A stretch of 64,000 bases of DNA, taken from assembly GCF_001194135.2 (NCBI RefSeq), contig NC_068997.1, forward strand, positions 49,876,639-49,940,638, read 5' to 3'. This document shows positions 47,962 through 59,300 of this stretch, piece by piece. Below the pieces are notes generated by a model. That model saw only the letters and a program-made list of their open reading frames with translations, was not told the origin of the DNA and searched no databases. The translations under genes were made by a program, and so were the position numbers. This DNA is from Octopus bimaculoides. Taxonomy: Eukaryota. Positions within the stretch are counted from its first letter, which is position 1. Each line of letters starts with the position of its first letter.

Positions 47962-50900
47962 CATCATCTCTGTCATCATCAACAGCAACAACATTAGTCA
48001 TCATTATCGTTACTGTCATCATCATCATCATCATCATCATTGCTATCATAATCATCTTCATATTTTCTTTCTCTCCTCTTGCTATAAATTCTAAATAAAT
48101 TACCATCTTCTGTCATGTATCTATTTCACATGACCCACACTGCCAACACCACACTTCTGCTTCTTCTTTTTCTTCTTGTCATCCTCCTCCTCCTTCTTCT
48201 TCTCATCGTCTTTCTTCTTCTTCTTCTTCTTCTTACTACTACTACTTCATTTTCTTACTACTTCTTCTTTTCTTCTTCTTCTTCTTCTTCTTCTTACGAC
48301 TACTACTACTTCTTCTTCTTACTACTGCTACTACTACTACTTCTTCTTCTTACTACCACTACTACTACTACTACTACTACTTCTTCTTACTACTACTACT
48401 TACTACTACTACTTCTTACTACTACTACTACTTCTTACTACTACTACTACTACCACTACTTCTTACTACTACTATTACAAACAGGAGTCATTTACGTGAA
48501 TGTGTATGTGTTGGAATTTTTTTTTTCTTTGTTTAACGAGTGAGTGATGTTAAGAGGGATTAGACCAAATCCTTCATAGAGTTATTTGTTTGTTTGTTTG
48601 TTTATTTGTTTGTTTGTTTCTTTCTTCCTTAGTAAACAGATTCAGACTGGAGACAGTGGCCACAATTCAGTGGAAGATGCAACTGCCAGCCTGCAATTGG
48701 TGCAGTTAAAACTGAAAAACAGTAAGTCCTTTCAGTATTGTTGATGTCCTCCAGAAGTTGTTCTCCTGAACAATGAGCTACAACTGCATGCAAGAATGTC
48801 TGCTTCCTTGCCTGTTTATCCATTTACCTGTATGTCCGTTTACTTGTATATCTGATTATCTGTTTATCTGTTTTCCTATATCCATTTACCTGTATATCTA
48901 ATTACTTGTATATCTGATTACTTGTTTATCTGTTTACCTATATCTATTTACCTGTATGGCTGTATATTTGTTTCCCAACAAGTGTCTCCAGCATTGTCTT
49001 ATCTCTTACCTTGCTTCATTTTCCAGGTATTGAGTTTGGTGATGTGATTCTTGACACAAATTTGACAATACACAAAACGGAAGCATGTAATAACTCCACT
49101 CCAGTTCACAAAGAATCTTCCAGTCCAAACACAAAACAAACAAAAGAGGAAGGTGTGGCCGTTGATGACAATCGGAAGTTCTTTGTTAACATGAGTGACT
49201 CAGCGACACATCGCAGTTTCTTTGATCTACTCAATGAACATCAGAAGAAATGTAAGTAAAAACTCCTCAGTTTGTCTTGGAGGAGGAAAAATCCTCTCAA
49301 ACCTATTGAGTCAAGTACATCAACATCGAAATAAAAATCAAATGGAAATTGTAGTTGTGATATCTGTGCCGGTGGCACGTAAAAAGCACCATCCTAACGT
49401 GGCCTATGCCAGTGCTGCCTTGACTGGCTTCTGTGCCGGTGGCACGTAAAAAGTGCCAACCGATCGTGGCCGTTGCCAGCCTCCTCTGGCCCCTGTGCTG
49501 GTGGCATGTAAAAAGCACCCACTACACTCTCGGAGTGGTTGGTGTTTGGAAGGGCATCCAGCTGTAGAAACACTGCCAGATCAGACTGGAGCCTGGTGCA
49601 GCCTCCAGGCTTCCCAGACCCCGGTCGAACCGTCCAACCCATGCCAGCATGGAAAACGGACGTTAAACGATGATGATGATATACATATATGTATATATAT
49701 ATGACAAGCTTCTTTCAGTTTCTGTCTACTCAGAAGGCTTTGGTCGGCCCAAAGCTATAGTAGAAGACACTTGCCCAAGCTGCCACGCAGTGGGACTGAA
49801 CTCGGAACCATGTGGTTGGTAAGCAAGCTACTTACCACACAGCCATTCCTGTACCTGTTTGTTTTCTTTCATATCACAGTAAAGTTAGAAAACGTCCGAC
49901 TGCCTTGCTGTAATTCTGAACTTGTTTCTCTCTTTCAGCTCTGGTGATTGATGCGAGATCTGTGATTGACATGTATTCAGGAGAACCTGGTCAAAGGATA
50001 AGCCATGGTTCTGATGAAGAAATTGTCAGCACTGCCCAACAGAAACTCTATGACAACGACTTCATGTGGCTCCAGTTGAATTCCTTCCACAATCTTCTCC
50101 AAACCAACACAGACAGCAAAGAGGCAGACATTCAGGTAAGCAAAACACAACTCCTACCGCTCTGCCATTATTCTTCCTCCTCCTCCTCCTCCCTTTCCTT
50201 TTCCATTCAATCCTCTGACCCTCTTATCTTTATCCTCTCTCTCCTCCTCCTTCTCATCCCTCTTCCCTCTCATCCTCCTCAACCCCCCCATTCCCTCCAC
50301 ATCCTGCTCCTGGTTCACTGGTTCCACTTCACTGAAGTAAATCATCCAGCTGTAACACACCCCACCCCACCCAAAAACAAACAAACAAACACCTGTTCTA
50401 TATTTAAGAGATGAATTATTTACATTATTTACATTAATGGATATTTGTCCTCATCTTATTTGTTGTTAACACAACGTTTCGGCTGATATAACCTTCAGCC
50501 TTCATCAGGTGTCTTGGGGAAATTTCGAACCTGGGTTCTCATTCCTAAGGTATTTTTCGATATTATTATTATTATTATTATTGTTATTGTTCAGGTCACT
50601 GCTTGGAATCGAACTCAGTTGGGGTTAGTAGCCTGCGCTCTTAACCACTACGCCATATGCCCGTGGGCAATTATAGAGTGAATTTTAGGGCTTAAAATAA
50701 TGTAAATAATGTAAACAAACACCTCTAACAAAATAAAATTTAAGATCTACTTACTTTCTACTCACCATTAGTTTGACTGAGTCCAGGTCAGGTGGCTTGA
50801 TGATGATGATGATAACAAACTTTTATTCAGAGGCCTTTCCTGATCTCTTGGATACCACTTGGCAGTTGCAAGGGTCCACTTGTTGTCTGTGAACCTTGCG

Positions 50901-53526
50901 ACATGTCTGGTCCAGCGGGACTTGCGCTTTTGATATTTTACTATCACATCATTCACTCTGCTCCATTCTTAAATTATTTCATTTCAAATTTGCTTTTGTG
51001 ATGTTATTCCTAGCTTGGAATGTCATCATCATCATCATCATCATAATCATCGTCGTCGTCGTTTAATGTCTGCTTTCCATGCTGGCATGGGTTGGATGGT
51101 TTCACTGAGGGCTGGCAAGCCAGGAGGCTGCACCAGGCTCCAATCTGATCTGGCAAGGTTTCTACAGTTGGATGCCCTTCCTAATGCCAACCACTCTGAG
51201 AGTGTAGTGGGTGCTTTTTACATGCCCCCGGCACAAGGGCCAGTCAGGTGGTACTGGCATCGACCACACTTGAATGGTGCTTTTTATGTGCCACCAACGC
51301 AAGAGTCAGTCAGGTGGCACTATCATCATCATCATCATCAACATTTAGCATTTGCTTTCTATGCTGGCATGTGTTAGATGGTTTGACTAAAACTGGAAAG
51401 CCACACAGCTGCACTGAGCTCCAGTCTGATTTGACAGGGTTTCTACAGCAGGATGCACTTCTTAACATTAGTATTTTAAAAGTCAAAACAATGCAAGTTA
51501 TAAATGATTAATACTGCAGGTTGATGGTTTGTGCTATTTCCTGGCATTTCAGTATCTCAGAGTTAGGACTCCTCCTTCAGGAAATTTCCAGGGAAAAGGT
51601 GTTGATAGCTGATAGAGTCATCACCTATTGACACCTTTTCTAAATTTCCTGAAGAAGGTGTCCCAACCCCGAAATATTGGAATACCAGGTCTAGTAATTA
51701 GTGTGTGTGAGAGAGAAAGACAGACAGACAGACAGAGAAGACACATGGTTTAGTGGATAGGGTGCTGCATTTATGGTCTAAAGATTAAAGTTTCAACAAA
51801 GAGTGACATCATCAGTCACCCTCTGAAATGTTTATGTAGTGTTATGGAGGCTAAATGACATGCACATGAACTCGGGGGGGTCTAAAGGGTGTTTCTGATT
51901 GCCATCTGGGTTGACTGGAATCTGATGGTACATGGGGTTAAGATCTGTCTTGGGAAGGAAAAAAGAAAAATGCTGTAAACATGGTTGGTATTGTGGGAAA
52001 CATGTGGGGAGGTGTTGATATTGAGTAAATCATCTGATGTCTTCTTGGGAACCACATGTAAGGGAGACAACTCCGATGCATCATGTAGGAATTATGTTGA
52101 TCTCGTGTATGTAGTTGAACACTGATTTAGCCTACATGTAAACGATCTGGGACAAAGTGTCATGGTCTGATTGGTTCTTGGGCTTATTGTGCCTTAACGT
52201 GATGGTGTAAACCTGTGTGTTACTTCTCTGTTGCTGTAATCTGCTACAATGTTTAAGGACTCCGATGTCATACTTAAAGCTGACTTCGATAATACTGGGT
52301 GTTATTATGTGTCATTTTGATGAATAAATCTGCATGTTACTCCATTTGTGCAATACCTGAGTACTCCAGTATTATACCGAATTTGTGCAATGCTTGGGTA
52401 CTCCAGTATTATACCAAAATGGTGCAATACCTGAGTACTCCAGTATTATACCAAATTTGTGCAATGCCTGAGTACTCCAGTATTATACCGAAATGGTGCA
52501 ATACCTGAGTACTCCAGTATTATACCGAAATAGTGCAATACCTGAGTACTCCAGTATTATACCAAATTTGTGCAATACCTGAGTACTCCAGTATTATACC
52601 GAAATGGTGCAATGCTTGGGTACTCCAGTATTATACTAAAATGGTACAATGCTTGGGTACTCTTGTATTATACCAAAATGGTGCAATGCCTGAGTACTCC
52701 TGTATCATACCGAAATGGTACAATGCTTGGGTACTCCTGTATTGTACTTAGATAACACAGTGAGATATGGTGTTTTCGCTGTGAGAAGTAAATCTCCACT
52801 TTTGCTGTACACTGGTGCAGTAGTGAGATGGTAATTGTTTGTTGTGGCATTTGTTTCTGCTGCTGCTGAATAAATTAACCATTTCTATCAGTAACCATCC
52901 AACTATTGGTGTGATGGCATGGTATGTTGTGCTGTTTCTACTGAAACTAGTTAACCCTTCTTCTCAGCAACCACTCAGCCATTGGTGAAACGGTATCTTT
53001 TATCTTTTGTTGTTTCAGGCATCAGATTGTGACCATGCTGGAGCACCCAACTTGAATTTTTATTTGAATGAATCAACCTCTTTTTTTTCTTTTTTTTTTT
53101 AACCCTTTAGTGTTTAAACCGGCCATATCTGGCCCAGATATTCTACATGTTTTATATTCAAACTGTCCATATCTAGCCTCTCACACCTAACCTACATTGA
53201 CGTTCTAAAAATAAACAATCACATCATTGAAACCTCAAAGCTATAAGATAATGCATGATTAATTCAAAACAATTTGAGTGAAAAAGTATTACATTTAACA
53301 GAGTAATCTGAACAGTAAAGGGTTAAACCCGAAATCGTTTTATTTATCTATTTATTTATGCATTTGTTTTCTCTTTCCCCAGAAATGCCTGCAGACGTTA
53401 GATTCCCATGTTGGTACACTGATGAAAACTATCTTCTCAAAAGCTCTGGTGACGCTAATATTGACAGGTCGTGATAACGAGGACGAAGACTATCAGAATG
53501 GTATGACTTTAGTGAAGATTTCTTAA
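29388..53526 (+). CDS. REXO5: Spliced RNA exonuclease 5-like gene (Rex1/REXO5, DEDDh 3'-5' exonuclease); whole-gene span, 13 coding exons
   Basis: Hand-built GT-AG exon chain with consistent phases: 29388-29564, 38818-38969, 39849-39975, 41095-41191, 42737-42963 (gap inside), 44447-44532, 45418-45536, <46958-47088, 47781-47881, 48633-48721, 49027-49251, 49939-50135, 53383-53526. ExoI GLDCEM, ExoII GHSLNFDL, ExoIII GHNSVEDA intact; N-terminal DIQQLIL...PRWC block as recalled for REXO5 homologues. Confidence 0.88.
30654..30806 (+). other. 50-codon ORF encoding a SAP-like domain (LTVPELKKYLRLYGQYVTERKADLIER), probably a transposon-derived fragment
   Basis: ATG 30654 to TAA 30806; matches the SAP consensus LxVxELKxxLxxxGxxxxGxKxDLIxR, with E at the second G; followed by a gap. 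Confidence 0.6.
31860..32800 (-). mobile_element. Tc1/mariner maT (DD37D-like) transposase remnant
   Basis: HTKFP..VMVLGVVSNEGHVMPP.FFPQGLR.N.AAYIEVL and PNSP.LNPLDFY..SIVERE.N. Confidence 0.75.
32800..33900 (+). mobile_element. RTE-type LINE reverse transcriptase remnant
   Basis: GVHQ.SVLSP, LLYAHDL (degenerate YADD), GLMVNLAKTK, Cys-rich CLICRKGVG...CTQCK..THKRC, KGRLYDACIQTALLHGSETW; stops and frameshifts. Confidence 0.85.
37845..38030 (-). mobile_element. SINE family F fragment with Penelope-like tail
   Basis: GGATATTTGTCCTCATC...CCTTCATCAGGTGTCTTGGGGAAATTTCGAACC; fuller copy at 50415-50670 with a tRNA-like head; fragment at 47150-47210. Confidence 0.65.
38818..38969 (+). CDS. REXO5: REXO5-like exon (NYPQINLK...LFITDIQQLILNAVLKGDACMKP-R)
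   Basis: tgcag acceptor, GTAAAT donor, phase 0 to 2; joins the next exon to give KPRWC. Confidence 0.85.
39455..39819 (-). mobile_element. Second copy of the HINE-like element, in a REXO5 intron
   Basis: Hairpin ACCTCCACCTT-cact-AAGGTGGAGGT and body homologous to 18583-19142; ends 30 bp before the 39849 exon. Confidence 0.65.
39849..39975 (+). CDS. REXO5: REXO5-like exon (WCELKYSQLISSTFVIVLK...DFNK)
   Basis: tttccag acceptor, GTTTGT donor, phase 2 to 0. Confidence 0.85.
40830..41045 (+). mobile_element. SINE family E (GAGTTCAAATTCCGCCGAGGTC...AGTACCAG core; representative copy)
   Basis: B-box-like GAGTTCAAAT plus a conserved core; also at 23380-23590, 24240-24410, 36680-36880, 38030-38180, 38220-38460, 39290-39420, 42990-43200. 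Confidence 0.8.
41095..41191 (+). CDS. REXO5: REXO5-like exon (ATEVISSAQFG...QLFKYG)
   Basis: tttcag acceptor, GTACGT donor, phase 0 to 1. Confidence 0.75.
42068..42292. mobile_element. piggyBac-like MITE (CCCTTTAGCATTC termini, TTAA context)
   Basis: Homologous copy at 53100-53326 flanked by TTAA on both sides; end fragment at 38470-38555; a related TTAA element at 44125-44352. Confidence 0.7.
42737..42963 (+). CDS. REXO5: REXO5-like exon interrupted by an assembly gap (KKHQKNLFEK...LQMARENYPLPIKSKW-G)
   Basis: ttacag acceptor before the gap; the QMxxENYPLP motif and GTATGT donor (phase 1) after it. N-run 42770-42912. Confidence 0.75.
43364..43665. mobile_element. hAT (Charlie-type) MITE, 302 bp
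   Basis: CAGGGGTTGG / CCAACCCCTG TIRs; 8-bp TSD GTCTAGAG / GTCTAGTG. Confidence 0.85.
44447..44532 (+). CDS. REXO5: REXO5-like exon carrying ExoI (YEKVTDKSPIFGLDCEM)
   Basis: ctttag acceptor, GTGAGT donor; DxE catalytic motif. Confidence 0.93.
45418..45536 (+). CDS. REXO5: REXO5-like exon (CKTSDG...LTRVSLVNEKLETVYDTLVKP...IIDYLF-R)
   Basis: ttttcag acceptor, GTAAGG donor; typical Rex1-family exonuclease segment. Confidence 0.93.
45951..46086. repeat. Intronic palindrome centred on TTAATCAATT|AATTGATTAA
   Basis: GAGAATGGAGAAACAAACACAG...CTGTGTTTGTTTCTCCATTCTC arms. Confidence 0.85.
46958..47088 (+). CDS. REXO5: REXO5-like exon carrying ExoII, 5' end hidden in a gap (INEEMMRPVCTTLKDVQ...AILCGHSLNFDLDSLK)
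   Basis: Open frame from the gap edge to the GT donor at 47089. Confidence 0.92.
47781..47881 (+). CDS. REXO5: REXO5-like exon (MFHPYVIDTS...KSKLKKLTEYFL-G)
   Basis: cacag acceptor, GTAAGG donor; HPYVIDTS motif. Confidence 0.93.
47920..48480. repeat. Compound trinucleotide microsatellite (TAA, CAT, CTT, CTA)
   Basis: Direct reading; intronic. Confidence 0.95.
48633..48721 (+). CDS. REXO5: REXO5-like exon carrying ExoIII (KQIQTGDSGHNSVEDATASLQLVQLKLKN)
   Basis: ccttag acceptor, GTAAGT donor; H...ED catalytic motif. Confidence 0.93.
49027..49251 (+). CDS. REXO5: REXO5-like exon (IEFGDVIL...SFFDLLNEHQKK)
   Basis: ttccag acceptor, GTAAGT donor, phase 1 to 1, 225 nt open. Confidence 0.85.
49360..49680 (+). 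mobile_element. SINE family D with (ATG)n tail (representative copy)
   Basis: GTGGTTGGCATTAGGAAGGGCATCCAGCTGTAGAAAC...CCCATGCCAGCATGGAAAACGGACGTTAAACGATGATGATG; also near 19250-19430, 22040-22290, 33960-34140, 45690-45860, 46275-46410, 47240-47500, 51030-51330, 55150-55410, 57590-57770. Confidence 0.85.
49939..50135 (+). CDS. REXO5: REXO5-like exon (LVIDARS...SDEEIVSTAQQKLYDNDFMWLQL...DIQ)
   Basis: tttcag acceptor, GTAAGC donor, phase 1 to 0. Confidence 0.85.
50766..50950 (-). mobile_element. RTE LINE C-terminal fragment
   Basis: RKSRWTRHVARFTDNKWT...WYPRD, matching the W.GHV.R...RW...W.PR pattern. Confidence 0.7.
51541..51688. repeat. Aged palindrome / foldback
   Basis: ~70-bp arms sharing CTTCAGGAAATTT and GAAAAGGTGT; mostly transition mismatches. 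Confidence 0.75.
52348..52750 (+). repeat. 37-bp minisatellite, about 11 units
   Basis: Unit GTGCAATACCTGAGTACTCCAGTATTATACCGAAATG with variants; in the last REXO5 intron. Confidence 0.92.
53383..53526 (+). CDS. REXO5: REXO5-like terminal exon (KCLQTLDSHVGTLMK...QNGMTLVKIS-stop)
   Basis: Polypyrimidine tract plus ccag acceptor, phase 0, 47 codons then TAA; resembles the Rex1-family C-terminal segment (recalled, not aligned). Confidence 0.8.
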   Translation, partial: KCLQTLDSHVGTLMKTIFSKALVTLILTGRDNEDEDYQNGMTLVKIS

Positions 53527-54429
53527 AGGTTTCTACAGAAAAGAACTGAGAAGGTGTGATCGACTGATCAACTCTTTCAGCTGATCTCCCTCACACTGCT
53601 GCTACTGCTGCTGCTGCTGCTGCTCTCTATATATTTATATAAAAAAAAAATCTACGAGGAACAACCATACACGCCTTGTTTTTATTTATTTGTTTATTCA
53701 AGTATGAGACGGCATGTGGCTTAGTGGCTTGGGTGTTTGACTCACGATTGTAATGTCGTGAGTTCGATCCCGGTGGTATGTTGTGCCCTTGAGCAAGACA
53801 TTTTATCTTGCGTTGCTCCAGTGTACTCAGCTGGCAAAAAAATTAGTAGTACCAGTATTTCAAGGGGCCAGCCTTGTCACATTCTATGCCACCCTGAATT
53901 CTCTTGAGCAGTATGATAAGGGAACACATATCTGTGGAGTACTCAGCCACTTGTGCATGTTAACTTCACGAGCAGGCTGATCCATTGCTCAGATCATCTG
54001 AAACCCTCACCATCGTAACCGACGGAGAGCAAGGCCATTCGTGAATCCATCTTTTATCTTGTACTTGTTTCAGTCATTGGACAGCAGCCATGCTGAGGTA
54101 CCACCTTGAAGAATTTTGTCAAACAAATTGCCAGTCCCCCCACACCTCCCTTTATTCTTATTTTTAAACCTGACACTTATTCTATTGGTTTCTTTTGCCG
54201 AACTGGTAAGTTATAGGAATGTAAACGAACCAACACTGGATGTGCGGTGGTGGTAAGGGACAAACACAAGGATACACACACGTACATACATCAACCTAGT
54301 ACACGCTGTGAAGTGGTTAGCATTAGGAAGGGCATCGTCCAGCTCCGGAAGCCTGGCTCAGTCCTGCTGGTCCTTGGGTCCCGTCAAACTGTCCAACCCA
54401 TGCAAGCATGGGAAACAGACATTGAATAA

Positions 54430-54699
54430 TGATGATGATGGTGACGACAACAATGGTGGTGGTGGTGGTGGTGGTGGTAGTGATTGTAGTTGTAATAGCC
54501 ACAATAGTGGTAACTGGTGGCAGTGGTAGTAATAATGGTAGTGGCTGTGGTAATAATTGTGGTGGTGATGGTAGTTGTAGTAGTTGTAATTGTGGTTGTA
54601 GTGATAGTTATTGCAGTAGTGATGGTAATTGTAATGGTGGTAGTAGTAATGTTGGTGGTCGTAGTGGAAGAAGTAGTAGTAATGGTAGTAGTAATGGTG

Positions 54700-54731
<32 letters not shown>

Positions 54732-54960
54732 GGTAGTAGCGGTGGTGGTGGTAGTAGTAGTAGTAATGGTGGTAGTAGTAGTAGTAATGATGGTGGTGGT
54801 AGTAGGGGTAGTAGCGGTGGTGGTGGTAGTAGGGGTAGTAGTAATGGTGGTGGTGTTTGTAATAATGTCATGGTGGTGGTAGTTGTGGTTGTAGTAGGAA
54901 TTGTTATGACATTAGTATTAGTACTACCTGTAGTGGTGGTAGTGGTGGTAGTTAAGTCTG
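54430..54960. repeat. (GGT/AGT)n low-complexity tract
   Basis: Direct reading; explains several spurious ORFs. Confidence 0.95.
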
Positions 54961-56064
54961 GTTTAGGGAAACACCTTACAAGTGACAAAACCCAGATGTT
55001 TCAGGTGTGCCAGGTAAGATGTGGTATGTTAATAAATAGTTTAGAAGAGCAGAGGATATCATAGTAGCAGTGGACTAAGTAAAATGAGTGGACAGTCCTT
55101 TTTTACAGGTGCCAGTACCATGTAAAATGCACTTGTGCTGGTGCTGCATAAAAATGCACTCATGCTGGTGCAGCATGAAAAACACTGGTGACGGTGCTGT
55201 ATAAATGCAGTCATACAAGTGGTGTGTAAATGCACCAATGCCAGTGGTATGTAAGAAGCACCCAGCTGGTATTAGAAAGGGCATCAAACTGTAGAAACTC
55301 TGCCAGATCAGATTGGAGCGTGGTGCAGCCATCTGGTTCACCAGTCCTCAGTCAAATCGTTCAACCCATGCTAGCATGGAAAGCAGACATTAAATGATGA
55401 TGATGATGATGTTCTTATCAAACCATCCAGCCCATGCCACCATGGAATAATGGACGTTAAAGGATCGTGATGATATGGGAGTGGGAGACTTCCATCGGTC
55501 ATCAATGACCATGGGATTGCACCTAGAAAGCTACCCTCCGAGGCACAAGTCCGGGCAAGGAAATTTATGGAAGACCAGCAGTCGCCTATGCATACCGGCC
55601 TCCCCTCTTCCTGCCATCAGTGTTATCCAAGGGAAAGGCAAAGGCCGATACAGTTATTAGACTGTGGCCATGCTGGGGTACCACCTTGAAGAATTTTTGT
55701 CAAATGTATCGACCCCAGTATTATTTTTTTAAAGCCTGTTACTTATTCTATGAGACCCTTTTTGCAGAACCACTAAGTTTTAGGAATGTAAAAACACCCA
55801 TGCTGGCTGTCAGGCTGTGGTGGGACACAAATACACACACACACACACAACTACAAGTGTCTTTTATAAGATTTGAAAATAAATTCTGATCAGATTATAA
55901 TCATATTTAATGCAAGAATGGAATTAACAGAAAGGAAATTTATCACTTTTTCGGTGGGTGGATGACGCTTACCTAGCATATCTTTGATAAATGACATTGA
56001 TATACATTGTCATACCTATACACATGTGTGTGTGTGTGTGTAAATAGATAGATAGATGTGTGTA

Positions 56065-56133
<69 letters not shown>

Positions 56134-56136
56134 ATA

Positions 56137-56178
<42 letters not shown>

Positions 56179-56267
56179 CATTATATATGTATATGGATAT
56201 ATGTGTGTGTATATCTATGTATTTGTATATATATATATAAATATTTGTCTCCATCTGTGTGTGTGTG

Positions 56268-56300
<33 letters not shown>

Positions 56301-59300
56301 TTATGTATATGTGCAGATATATAAATATACACACATACATACATATGCAAATATATATACTTACATATAAATACATGGATATCAATGCACATCAGCACAT
56401 GTTGATGGAGTCTTACAGGAAGGGAACAGCAGCAAACACAAAGACATTGAAGCGTGAAACTGAGAGCTTCGTTCTCATTGGTGGACACACACGCAATGGT
56501 TAAGATAGATGTGTGTGTGTGTATGTGTTTAAATACTTGCATGATGTTGCTTTGATATCATGCACATTCTAAAGTCCCAATGCACGAAATGGGGGATTAA
56601 GGTGGATTAGCTTAGGGTCTGTGTATAGAAATGAAGGAAAATATCTGTGCTGAGTCTGAGAGGGAGGGAAAATAAAATGGGTAGAGATTCTACAAAAGAA
56701 AAGGAAAAATATAAGGAATATTAAGGTCTTGTCTGGAATAGAAACATATCTGGGGAGAAGAAAGAAACTGCTGTTTAATTCTTGCATTTTTTGTTACTAT
56801 ATTTCTGTTGAAATGCACTGATTATGTCTCAATTAATTTTGAAAAAATGAAGAATTTAGTAAAATAGTTTTGTTGTTGTTAATCTTAACCATTTTGTTAC
56901 TTTATTTCTGTTGAAACACTGTTTTTTTTTATTTCAAGTCATTTTGAAAAAATATTGAAGAATTTAATAAAAATGTCATTAATAAGATGGTGTTTGGAAG
57001 ATAAATTCACAAGAAAGGCTTCTTTCAGTTTCCATCATCCATCAAATCCACTCACAAGGCATTGGTTGACCCAGGACCATAACAGAATACTCTCGCCTGA
57101 GATGGCACACTGTGGGACTGAACTCAAAAGCCATCTGTTTGCAAAGCGAGCTTCTTAACTACACAGCCAAGGAACAGGCTGTCCATAAGTTTCCTTTACA
57201 ATTTCAAACGCTCGGAAAGAGAATAAAAAAGGGTCACTCACCAGGTTGCCTGCAACCAATGGGGCCCATGTGGAAGTGTTCTGATGTTTCTAATAAAAAC
57301 TATTTTTATTTGCTTTAATAATTAGACTGCGGCCATGCTGGGGCATCGCCTTGAAGAATTTTAGTTGAACAAATCAACTGCAGTACTTTTTCTTATAAGC
57401 TTGGTACTTATTTTATCGGGCTCTTTTTGCTGAACTGCTAAGTTACGGGGGCATAAACATATCAGCATCGATTGTCAAGCAGTGGTGGGAAACAAAGACA
57501 CGCAGGCACACACACACATACACACGCACACCTGCTCACCACAAAAAAACTGATATCCTGAAACCAAAATCACTGGTGATGGTGCCACAGAAAAAGCACC
57601 CAGCACACTCTTGGAGTGATTGGCATTAGGAAGAGTACCCAGCTGTCGAAACCAAGCCAAAACAAGACAGTGAAACCTGGTGCGGCCCCTTAGCCTTACC
57701 AGCTCTTCCCAAGCCGTCTAACTCATGCCAGCTTTAAAAACAGACGGCAAATGATGATGATGATGATGATATATATAATGGTCTTCTTTCAGTTTTTGTC
57801 TATCAGATCCACTCACAAGGTTTTGGTAAACCTAAGGCTATAGTAAAAGACACCCAAGGCGGCACGCAGTGGGACTGAACCCGGAACCATGCAGTTGGGA
57901 AGCAAGCTTCTTACCACACGGTTTTCCAATAAACTCTGCTGAATTACCCTTATTTTCAATTTTTTCTGCATTTTATTTTTCAGATTGTAAAGGGAATTTA
58001 TAGACACCGTGTGTATTGGTGTTTCATGGGAAACCGATCTCATATTTGTTGAAAACAGCATATTTTGTTGAAAAAAATATTTAGTCAAAGGCAGTTGTGT
58101 GGCCCTTCAAGTTTTGTTGTTGTTGATGGGTAACACCTTGGAAGGAAGTGTGAAATCTAATTGTCTTTGGGAGAAGTAACTGGAAATTCTTGGAGAGGGA
58201 ACTTAACTGTGAAGAATTACTCAGCGTTATCAATGTTTTTCGTGTTGTTGAATTGAAAAACGATGTGTGTGTGTTGAGAGAAATGAAGGATTAGATGTGT
58301 GTGCTTGTGTGTGTGTGTGTAGAGAGAGAGAGAAAAATGAGATGTGTGCTTCTGTGTGTATATGTGTGTAGAGAGAGAAATGAGATGTATGTGCAAATTG
58401 AAGTAAATCATTGTGTTTGTGTGTGTGTGTGTGTGGAGAGAGAGAGAGAGAGAGAGAAATGAGATGTGTGTGTATGTGCAAATTGAAGTAAATGACTGCG
58501 TGTGTATGTGTGTGCTTTTATGTAGATGTGCATGTTTAGAGATATACGTGTTTGCGTGTCGATGGAAATGATTTGAGCGTGTATATGTGCGTGGATTGAA
58601 GGAAAAGATTTGCTGTGTGTGTGTCTGTGTAGACATGCATGTCTGTTTATAGGTGTACCTGTTTGTATGCGTATGAGTGTAAGTGTGTGACAGACAGAAA
58701 GAGAGAGGAGGGGAGAGAGGGCACGTGAACGCGTTCGTGCAATGAATCTATGAAGCCAGTTAGTCGTACATCTAATTATGAAGCTTCAACCAGCTACAAC
58801 GTCACTGTGGTCTGTATGTCGTATCCAGCTTCGTTTGCACTCTATCAACCTTCTTATATAAGTTATAATTGTCACTTACCTTTTAGCCATCGTCATCTTC
58901 GTCAACACAGCGAAGCAGAAAAAGCCAAGACAATCCCCCAGACGTTAATTAATCAGCAAAACCATTCCAAGTTTTGTTTCCAAAGTATTTTTTTTTTGTT
59001 CTTTTCTTTACCATTCTCTTCGAGATTTGCTGAAAATATTTCTTGGTGACACATATAACAGCTTTAATAAAGAATCCACACATTCTAGCTAATCAGAAAG
59101 TACCTTTTGCTTTCGCTGCTGTCTTTTATTTTCCCTTATAAATAATGTATGAATGTATGTGTGTGTGTTTCTATATTTTTCTTTTTCTTCTTTTTCATTC
59201 TTTCTTGTATGTTTATTCTTATGTCTCTCGAGTTCGCTTTTATTTTTTGTTTTGTTTTTAACTCAAAATGAATGTAATATACGTGAAACGCAAAAAAAAA

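Noticed and set aside
52348-52750. CRISPR-like appearance of the 37-bp array
   Set aside because: Units are contiguous with no unique spacers, there are no cas genes, and the context is a eukaryotic intron.
54429-55064. Gly/Ser-rich, poly-Val and poly-Pro/Leu ORFs (also 48115-48543, 36776-37083, 55973-56542, 44422-44924 beyond the exon)
   Set aside because: Translations of tri- and dinucleotide microsatellites; no splice or domain support.
56425-56470. Possible minus-strand exon (FTLQCLCVCCCSLP) continuing the 58880 donor
   Set aside because: Weak acceptor without a pyrimidine tract, and no further exon found.
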